In this document: in pieces, positions 33,801-42,600 of the stretch
Position numbering within the stretch: the stretch's first letter is position 1
Layout: each line of letters starts with the position of its first letter
Source: a candidate division FCPU426 bacterium
GTDB taxonomy: Bacteria; Oederibacteriota; PGYV01; Palsa-1178
Assembly: GCA_963840035.1 (NCBI GenBank)
Contig: CAWIXE010000001.1
Coordinates: 1,024,001 to 1,088,000 of the forward strand
DNA: 64,000 bases
Reading direction: 5' to 3'
The notes under the pieces: generated by a model
Seen by the model: only the letters and a program-made list of their open reading frames with translations
Told to the model about the DNA's origin: nothing
Databases searched by the model: none
Made by a program: the position numbers and the translations under genes

Positions 33801-36475
33801 TACTAAAACCGCTTCGCCCTATCTCAACAGGCCTGGGGATACGGTTACATACTGGATTAATTTTATGAATAATAATCCGGCGCTGGATCTGGTTGGAGTA
33901 ACACCTGGAGTAACTCTACGTTCGGCAAATAAGGTATCAGGAACATTTCAAAGTTATCAGATGAATTTTAGGTTCTATAATAGTACCGGTAGCTCCATAG
34001 ACCCTACGAATTACAGGTTTATATATTATTTTAATGATAATCTTGCAAACTGGGGAGGAGCATCCGCGACAGGCATAACGTATCAACCGCAATGGAAAAC
34101 ATGCGGTTCATTATCGGCGTCATTTGTCGATATGGCGCCGGGATGTCTGGCAGGAAAATGCTGGCAGGCCAAGCTAATACAGTACAATACCGGATGCGGG
34201 TTGCTGGCTAATGGCAGTTACAATGAAATGCAAAACACATGGTACTGGCCGTCGTATTTACCAGAGTATAATTCCACTAACGACTATAGTTATTTGTTAT
34301 CGGACGGTGGAAATGCCGGATCAATTTATGCGCTTAACCCGAATATAGTCGTGGAACAAAATGTGGCTGGCGTATGGAAACTCGCGTACGGCATCTATCC
34401 TGATTTTCCGGCGCCGCTTTCAAATGTAAGCTTTTGGGACACCATCCCTGCGGACCTGCAGGTGCTTACGGTCAACGCTACCGGGCTTGGTTTTAGCGTG
34501 ACGGGAAATCTTATCAACACAAATATTGCCAGCATGCCGGGGCAGCAGGCATACAGCGTGACTGTAGTCGCGCAGGTCAGGGCCGGGGCGGCGCCAGGAG
34601 TTGTCACAAATACCGCGAACGTAAAACCGCAGGGCTTAAATAACGCCAGCGACGACGCGCCCATAGAGATCTATGTATATACGCCGACAAACACGCCCAC
34701 ATCCACGGCCACTTATACCAGAACAGCCACCGCTACACACACGCCGACTTCTACGCAAACACATACAAGGACGGCTACGCCCACAGACACCGCGACAGCC
34801 ACATATACCGCCACCTCGACGCCGTCTTATACGTTTACACAGACTTCAACATATACCATGACGCCGACATATACAGCCACACCAACGCAGACATTCACAT
34901 CCACACAAACCGACACGGCTACGCATACGCCGACATTTACGGGCACGCCGACTGCGACATTTACCAGGACTGCCACGGAAACTTTTACGCCAACCGCGTC
35001 ATTTACATTTACATACACGATGACGGCAACTCCTACCGTTACTTATACATTTACGGTCACGCCGACATCGACGGATACATTCACAATGACTTTTACCCCG
35101 ACTGCCACCGGGACATTCACGGACACTCCGTTCCACACGCCGACTTTTACTCCGACCGCCACGCAGACATATACTGCCACACCGACATACACTGCCACAA
35201 ATACATATACCCTTACAATGACCGCAACGCCCACTTTTACAGAAACAGACACACTGACATATACCCCCACTTATACGCTTACTTACACCAGGTCTTCAAC
35301 CCCCACGCATACAGTTACCTTTACCGACACATATACTTTTACCATGACACCCACATATACAGCCACGCCCACGCAAAGCAGCACTTACACATGCACTGAT
35401 ACATTGACCGCGACGCAGACATCAACGCCATCTTTTACGGCGACGCCGACATACACCCCCACATATACATTTACCGTGACTCCGACAGCCACGCAAAGCC
35501 CTACGGTGTCACCTACACCGCCGCCATACCCGTATATCATGAAAATTGAGGCTTTCAATACAGCCGGAGAAAGGGTAAAGATAATCGTGCAGTCGCCCAT
35601 ATCGGACAGGCCGGGTGATATTTTGCTGCTCATAAACGGAAAAACAACGGATATGTTCAACCCCGGAACACAGAGCCTGGAAATAAGCCTTCCGGGGATA
35701 ACCTGGCCGGGAAACCAGGCCGGAACATCTTCGCAGTTCTTCTGGGACGGGACTACTGATATGGGGCAGGACGTATCGCAGGGAATGTATTATATCAAAT
35801 TTGAAATAACAGACAGTTACGACCATGTCGTAACAAAGGTTATGCAGGTGCAGATAGTCCGCACGCAGGAACAGGTAAAAATATCAATCTTTAACAGCGC
35901 GGGAGAAGTTGTGCGCGTCATGTACGGGGACCACCTGCCGGCCGCGCAGGCTAAGCTGACTGTGGATAATACGGTAACAACGGGCGGCAGCGCGGAGAAT
36001 CATATTTTCATAGGCTACGGCGGCGGGCTTCATGTCATGTGGGACGGGAAAAATGAAACGGGCATAGCCGCGGCAACAGGGGTTTATGAGGTGAAGCTTG
36101 AAGTGGTAACCGCGGAGGGCTTAAGCACCATAGCGGCAAAATCAATAACAGTATTTAAGCTGGATAAAAACGACATTATAGCGGGGATAAAATCATACCC
36201 GAACCCCTACAGGCTGAAAAAAGGCGCGGTAAAACCGGCTGTTATAAGCTGGGCTTCGCCGTATGAAGGTATTGCGAACATTGGCGTGTATGATAAGGCC
36301 GGGGAAAAAGTACGTATGATAACCGGGCAACTCTCAGGGGGGCAGGCGTACTGGGACATGAAAAACTCTTCGGGCGAACAGGTTTCAAGCGGAATTTATA
36401 CCATCATAATAAACGCGAGAAGCTGTACAGGGAAATTCGCAAATGTCGGTTGTAAAGTTCGCGGTGATAAAGTAA
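30832..36475 (+). CDS. Giant secreted, apparently non-catalytic protein: N-terminal beta repeats, 4 DUF11 domains (2 carrying CBM3-like inserts), ~280-aa Thr-rich stalk, 3 FlgD-Ig/T9SS-CTD-like domains; +1 frameshift near 36430
   Basis: Signal peptide; (L/I)xKTA…GDT(I/V)TY…D.(V/I)P…TN.A repeats; [10 protein letters not shown]…DDYSY…GEPP; YPNPY…WDMKN..G..V.SGIY. The shifted frame ends VVKFAVIK* at 36475. Start may be 30865. Confidence 0.8.
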
Positions 36476-36563
36476 GGGTGTGTTTTGTACTACTCCTGTC
36501 TCCAATCTCCTGTCTCGTCTTTACTAATTCGGTGAATGTTATGGAGAATGTTCCAAAATCCCC

Positions 36564-36591
36564 TTGAAATTATACATTTAAGCGATATAAT
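36564..36591 (+). promoter_or_regulatory. Sigma70-type promoter
   Basis: TTGAAA-16-TATAAT. Confidence 0.55.
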
Positions 36592-36631
36592 ATAGGTGTT
36601 ACTTGATTTAAAGTCTTTTTGGGGGTGCATT

Positions 36632-37000
36632 ATGCCTGACGCTCAGATATATGTTGAAAAGAGAAAATACAAAAGAGTTGATAAAAGGATAGAAGTAACT
36701 TATAAAGTGGTATCCATGCCTTCGGAGATAGAAAAAATAAAAAAACAGGCCGATAAAAACGAGGCCGAATCTGCGAATATAAGCGTCGGAGGGATCCAGC
36801 TTATCAACAATGATAAACTTGAGCCCGAACAGATAATAAGGATAGAAATTATTATTGATAAGGCGCCCATGCCGATTATAACATTTGCGGAGGTAAGATG
36901 GAGCGCGAAGGACGACAACCTCGGTAAAAATAGAGCAGGAATTGAATTTTTGGTGCTGAAAGACGAAGATAAAAAGATAATTGAAGAATTGATAGGATAA
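36632..37000 (+). CDS. Stand-alone PilZ domain protein
   Basis: RxxxR (EKRKYKR), NISVGG, AEVRW, AGIEF. Confidence 0.9.
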   Translation: MPDAQIYVEKRKYKRVDKRIEVTYKVVSMPSEIEKIKKQADKNEAESANISVGGIQLINNDKLEPEQIIRIEIIIDKAPMPIITFAEVRWSAKDDNLGKNRAGIEFLVLKDEDKKIIEELIG

Positions 37001-37096
37001 AAGGCAGGCGTGTAACGGGATATTTAATTCCATTATATAATCGGCTTTTGGAACGCGTTTCGAATTCTATTTAAAAACCATGGTTGTGCGGTTTTT

Positions 37097-37192
37097 GTAG
37101 GGGCAATTCAGCCTCCTCCGCCAAAGCAGTTTTAGCTGCGGCGGCCGGGTGAATTGCCCGCCTTGTTTGGGCGATTCGTGAATCGCCCCTAC
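37097..37192. repeat. REPIN-like element with 39-bp nested insert
   Basis: GTAGGGGCAATTCA[37111-37149]TGAATTGCCC … GGGCGATTCGTGAATCGCCCCTAC. Confidence 0.85.
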
Positions 37193-37262
37193 AACAACAA
37201 ACCAAGACATGCAAATTAAAACGACATAATTTTTAAATACGGACAAATACAAGAGGTGAACA

Positions 37263-38102
37263 ATGAATTATTTTAAAACATTTACGTTAATGGCCATAAT
37301 GACAGCGGTTTTTGTCCTTGTCGGGAACTATTTCGGCGGACAAAACGGAATGATGATGGCGTTTGGATTTGCCGTGCTTATGAATTTCTTTTCATACTGG
37401 TTTTCCGATAAAATCGTTCTTGCCATGTACGGCGCTAAGGAAGTAAACCGCGCAGACGCTAAGGAACTTTACCTGACCGTCCAGAACCTGGCAACCCGCG
37501 CCGGGCTGCCCATGCCAAAAGTCTATATCATGAACACCCCCATGGCAAATGCCTTTGCCACAGGCAGGGACCCTAAGCACGCCGCGGTGGCCGTTACCAC
37601 AGGCATTCTTAGCATGCTGAATCAATCCGAGCTTGAAGCGGTGCTGGCGCACGAGCTTACCCATGTCAAAAACAGGGATATCCTCATTGGCACCATAGCC
37701 GCGACTTTTGCCGGCGCTATTACCATGATATCCAGGATGGCTTTCTTTTTCGGCGGCAGCAGGGATAATGACGGAGACTCAAACCCGATTGCGATGATAG
37801 CGATGCTGATACTCGCGCCGATAGCGGCGATACTCATACAGATGGCCATTTCACGTTCGCGCGAATACGCCGCGGACACGGGCGCGGCGGAGCTTACAGG
37901 AAAGCCGCAGGCGCTTATTTCAGCGCTGACGAACTTAACAGAAGGGGCTAAAAAAAGGCCGCTTGTGGCCGATGCGACAGCAACATCGACTGCCCACATG
38001 TTTATAGTGAACCCTTTTAAAGGCGATTTTCTGGCGAGCTTATTTTCAACACACCCCACGCTGAACCAGCGTAAGGCAAATCTGGAAAAGTTCAAAGGTT
38101 AA
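37263..38102 (+). CDS. htpX: Zinc metalloprotease HtpX
   Basis: NAFATGR, HELTH, SRSREYAAD, FSTHP. Confidence 0.96.
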   Translation: MNYFKTFTLMAIMTAVFVLVGNYFGGQNGMMMAFGFAVLMNFFSYWFSDKIVLAMYGAKEVNRADAKELYLTVQNLATRAGLPMPKVYIMNTPMANAFATGRDPKHAAVAVTTGILSMLNQSELEAVLAHELTHVKNRDILIGTIAATFAGAITMISRMAFFFGGSRDNDGDSNPIAMIAMLILAPIAAILIQMAISRSREYAADTGAAELTGKPQALISALTNLTEGAKKRPLVADATATSTAHMFIVNPFKGDFLASLFSTHPTLNQRKANLEKFKG

Positions 38103-38109
38103 TACGTTG

Positions 38110-38181
38110 GTAGCCGCAGCCTTTAGGCTGCGAAACGGGGAAAACAAATCCAGCCTTACGCAACCTGAAGGTTGCGGCTAC
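38110..38181. repeat. REPIN-like element (uninterrupted form of 24124-24237)
   Basis: gtagccgcagcctttaggctgcg … cgcaacctgaaggttgcggctac. Confidence 0.9.
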
Positions 38182-38211
38182 CAAACCTAAATACAAATTA
38201 CCGGAGGTTAT

Positions 38212-39564
38212 ATGTCCCGCGATTTTCGTGATATTTCGCTTAAGATCCTTAACGATGTCTTTACAACCCAACGCTGGGCCAAGGAAAACATTGAAGCCAA
38301 TATCAAGGACATCGACGTTGAGCACAACGACATACGTAAAATCTACGAGCTCGTCTACGGCGTACTCCGCAATAAAACCTACATTGATTTTTACCTTGAT
38401 CACTACATAGAAAAACCCGTCATAGACCCTTTAATCCAGAACATCCTTCGCATGGGTTATTATCAGATAATGCACATGGACTCCATACCGCCTTATGCCG
38501 CCATTGATGTTTCCGTGGAGATGGCAAAGCGCCACGGAAACCCCAAATCAGGCGGTTTTGTTAATGCGGTTTTAAGGAATGTGCTGCGCGAAAAGGACAG
38601 AGTAATTAAGATTCCCGGTGAAGGCAAAAAATCCGGCAATGACCGGATGGAGTATCTCCGGGTCAAATATTCATATGAAAAATGGATGACGGAATTCTTC
38701 CTGAAAAACTATACGGACGCAGACGCGGAAAAAGCGCTGGAAGCCGGCAATATAAAGCCCCCCGTCTACTTAAGGGTTAATACTTTAAAAACAGACACCG
38801 ACAGGCTAATGGTACTGCTTAAAAAAGAGGGATGCCTTACAGAGGAAGTAAAGCTGATTAAAAACTGTCTTATTGTAACGGAAGGCGATGCTGTGCGGAC
38901 GCCTTCGCATGAGGCGGGATTGTTTTTTGTCCAGGACCTTTCATCGCAGCTATTTGGCAGCCTTGTGGCGGCTGAAAAGGAAGAGGCAATTATAGACATA
39001 GGTTCGGCGCCGGGCGGCAAAGCGGCGTGTTTTGCCATGGATTCAAAAGGCAAAGCCGGCATACTCGCAATCGAGCCAAATGAAGTAAGGCTGAAAGTCA
39101 TGGAGCGTAATTTTGTGAGGCTGGGAATTACAAACGCGGAATTCATGAAACACGACGCGACAGTTGACATACCGGCGTTCCACGACAGGGCCGATAAAGT
39201 GGTAGTGGACGCGCCGTGCTCCGCCATGGGAGTCATAAGAAGGCATCCGGAAAAAAAGTGGTGCATGACCGAAGCGGAATTAAAGGAGTTCCCAAAAATA
39301 CAGCTGGCAATACTTAATACGGTGAAAAACTGGGTCAAAAAGGGCCGCTGGCTGTTTTACTCCACCTGCACGGTCAACCCCGAGGAAAACTCAAAACTGA
39401 TTGAAAAATTTCTGGCAAAAAACGATAATTTCAAGCTGTTTGATATAACGGACAATAATAAAAAACTCAAATCATACAAGCACGGAAAATTCTTCCAGTC
39501 CCTGCCTGGGAATAAGGATGGGATGGATGGGTTTTTTATGGCGATGTTAAAGCGGGTTAAATAG
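38212..39564 (+). CDS. rsmB: 16S rRNA m5C967 methyltransferase
   Basis: NusB-like N-terminus (ELVYGVLR, FVNAVLR), APGGK, VDAPCS, YSTCT, DGFF. Confidence 0.93.
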   Translation: MSRDFRDISLKILNDVFTTQRWAKENIEANIKDIDVEHNDIRKIYELVYGVLRNKTYIDFYLDHYIEKPVIDPLIQNILRMGYYQIMHMDSIPPYAAIDVSVEMAKRHGNPKSGGFVNAVLRNVLREKDRVIKIPGEGKKSGNDRMEYLRVKYSYEKWMTEFFLKNYTDADAEKALEAGNIKPPVYLRVNTLKTDTDRLMVLLKKEGCLTEEVKLIKNCLIVTEGDAVRTPSHEAGLFFVQDLSSQLFGSLVAAEKEEAIIDIGSAPGGKAACFAMDSKGKAGILAIEPNEVRLKVMERNFVRLGITNAEFMKHDATVDIPAFHDRADKVVVDAPCSAMGVIRRHPEKKWCMTEAELKEFPKIQLAILNTVKNWVKKGRWLFYSTCTVNPEENSKLIEKFLAKNDNFKLFDITDNNKKLKSYKHGKFFQSLPGNKDGMDGFFMAMLKRVK

Positions 39565-39640
39565 AATTTTCAATTTTATATTTTCAATTTTCAATTAACA
39601 GCGGGAACAAACCGCGTCGTCCTGCCTTTAATTGAAAATT
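39565..39640. repeat. Heptamer-repeat inverted element between convergent genes
   Basis: Near-identical to 45347-45442 but lacking 3 heptamers. Confidence 0.85.
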
Positions 39641-42600
39641 AATCTTTAATAACAAACAATTTGCCTTTCTTAGCCGTATTGCTTCCCGGGTTTACAATCA
39701 CAAAATAATATATCCCCTGGGATATTGTTTTGCCTAATTTATTCTTCATGTCCCATGTCGTCCTGACCGAAGTGCACATAATGTCTTTCACGCTCTCGCC
39801 TGAGAGGGTGAAAATCCTTATCATGGAACCCGGAACTATGTTGTCAAATTTGACTGTGGTGTCTTTATTGAGGTTATAAGGGTTTGGAAAGACCACCGGC
39901 CTGCTTCTCGGGAACAATGACAAATCCGAGAACTGGGGCGGGTGTTTCTGGAACGAGGGCGTATATACCAGGTCGTTATAATCCGTGCCGGCTCTGTTAA
40001 TTATCATCTCCTGGCCAGGAGGGTTGGAAGTGACGCGCACGCTGTACTCAATGCGTATCTCTTCGCCGGGGGGAAGAGTGAACGGGTCGCCATACTGGTC
40101 TAATGAAAGGTCCCAGTGAAGGTAAGTGGATGAGGAATCAGCCGCAAGGGGCATGGCGAATCCGATATTGGTAAGCGTTACGTATGTGGGCACTGAATCC
40201 CAGACTGATATGTTTGTAACGGGCGAATCAGTATTGTTGGTGATCAATATTGTATAGTTGATGACAGACCCCAGTTTGGGGTCCTCGCCAGCGGATAAAA
40301 GTTCTATTTTAATGTTAACCGGCGAAGGGAGAGGCGTTAAGGTTACGGTAAGTGAAGCTGTGGGTGTGGAAGAAGGCGTATAAGTCGGGGTATAGGTGCG
40401 CGTATCACTGGAAGTGGGCGTGGAAGTAAGAGTGCGAGTGTTTGTGGAGGTAGGTGATGCTGTGGGCGTGTTTGTGAGTGTCTTTGTGCCTGTGGCAGTC
40501 GGCGTATCAGATGATGTCGGTGTTGCTGTCTGCGTATCAGTAAGGGTCCTTGTGCCCGTGAAAGTCGGCGTCATGGTGGCGGTGGAAGAAGGCGTGGCAG
40601 TATCAGAAGATGTGGGCGATGGCGTGAAAGTCTGGGTCGCGGTAAAAGTGTTGGTCCATGTCCTGGTGACAGTCGGTGTATTTGAAGATGGGGTATCCTC
40701 GGGTGTTGAAGAAGGGGTGTGGGTCATGGTAAAAGTGGCTGTGAGGGTGTAAGTAAGAGTCGGCGTGGCTGAAGACGACATTGTGGGAGTCAGGGTAAAG
40801 GTATAAGTCCCTGTCGGGGTGTTAGTCGATGTCGGCGAAGATGAAACAGTAAAAGAAGGTGTGGCTGTAAAAGTGGCTGTTGAAGTCCAGCTCGGGGTAA
40901 AGGTCGGCGAGAAAATGGTGACGGTCCATGTGTCCGTTACAGTCGGAGTATAGGTGCGTGTCGGTGTGTTTGTGGGCGTTGATGACGATGTGGTTGTGTA
41001 TGAATAAGTGGATGTGTATGAATATGTGGATGTAGGCGTTGCGCTTTGCGTGGATGTTTTTGTGCATGTGGGTGTGGCTGTCAGGGTGAATGATGGAGTG
41101 GATGTCCTTGTGGGGGTAAAGGTCGGCGTTGTCACGCCGCAGGGTATATCTATTGATGACTGCGCAGCTATGGTATAAGTCACGCCCTGCGGAACGGCAA
41201 AAGCAGTGTTAACAACAGGGCCGCACGGGCCGCTGGCCACTGCGTACCATTGATAGGATATTGAGGAGCCCTTTAACATCTGAGTTATGACCGGCCATTT
41301 GATATCCCCGGCCGCGGTAACGGTGACGGAATTTGTGCCTCCGAGGTAATTCAAACCCGCAGGCAGCGGGTCATGTATCAGCGTGTTGAAAGCGGTATCA
41401 AGTTCCGTGCGCCAGGATGATACAACGTGCGCGCCTCCGGTGTACTGGGTGAATGCCGGGACAGAACCGTTGGCTATGCCTGCAAAGCCGGCTCTTATGG
41501 GGATACCGCTTACAGACAAATCCGCCGCTGGCGGAAAGTTTGTGTCGGTAATGTTCTTCTGGAAGATGCTGATAGTGTCGCCGTTTAAAACTATTTTTAT
41601 ATCCAGATTCTTCATGGATGTCGCTATTTTTGCCGTGCCTATGGCTGTCGCGCCGTTATATATCTGTATCCTGTTGCCGTCCCACTGGCTGTTAAACCTT
41701 ATGTATATGCCGTCCGCGACAGCAGTGCCGGCCGTATGCCTTACAACTACGGCAAAATCCTGCCCGTCCTGTATGTTTGCCCTGAGCTGAACTGTGCCAT
41801 TTATGCCGTGGGAATAATTATAGGTGTATATGCTGGAGTCAGCTGAAGTGGAAGCCTGAGAACCGTTAAAGGTCCAGGTGCCGGTTGCTCCGTATCTTTT
41901 TGTCCAGTTCCCGGCTGTAAATACGTTTTGCGATGCGTCTGCGGAATTGACAACCGAGCCGTTTAAACTTGTATAATCTATGATATATGTAAATGTGGAG
42001 TTCAAAGCCGGGGATGCATTGGTTGCCGTTTTAGTAATTGAAGCCGGCGCGGGCGGCGGAGGCGGGACATACGCGCATGTGACGGAAACAGTCGCGGAGT
42101 CCGCCACAGGCGATTCGTTGTCGCCGTATATAAAGGCTGTGTTTATCATGTCGGGGTTTACTATCCCGGAAGGGCAGGAACCGTTGACAGTAACCCAGTA
42201 TTTTAATTCAGCGCACTGGTTTACAAGCATGTTGCCCGCGTTTACTGTTATGTTCCTGCCGGATACGGTCTTGGTCGCCGAGTCAGAATCAATAAACCCG
42301 CCGAAGGTAACGCCCGTGGGAAGGCTGTCTATGACAAATACATTCTTAACCTGCCTGCCCGGTTGAGGCCCGTCTCCAAAAACCCTGCGCCAGGTATATC
42401 CGTCAAATTCCTCGACCAATACGTTAGAAAGGGATGGTTTAGTGCCGTTGCATGAGGTAAGGTTGATGGTCGTGACCGGGATTGATGTTCCGTCCCCCTT
42501 GGTCCAGTCCGGGGATATCGGATAAGGGAAATATGCAAGGCCGTTGCCGTAGCCAACCTGTGAATACGGCGCTGTAATTGGAAGCTGAGACCAGTCATCC

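Noticed and set aside
36476..36567. C-terminal extension of the 1911-aa ORF as given in the track
   Set aside because: Better explained by a frameshift: the alternative frame ends in the family-typical KFAVIK*, and the extension runs through a heptamer repeat and a promoter.
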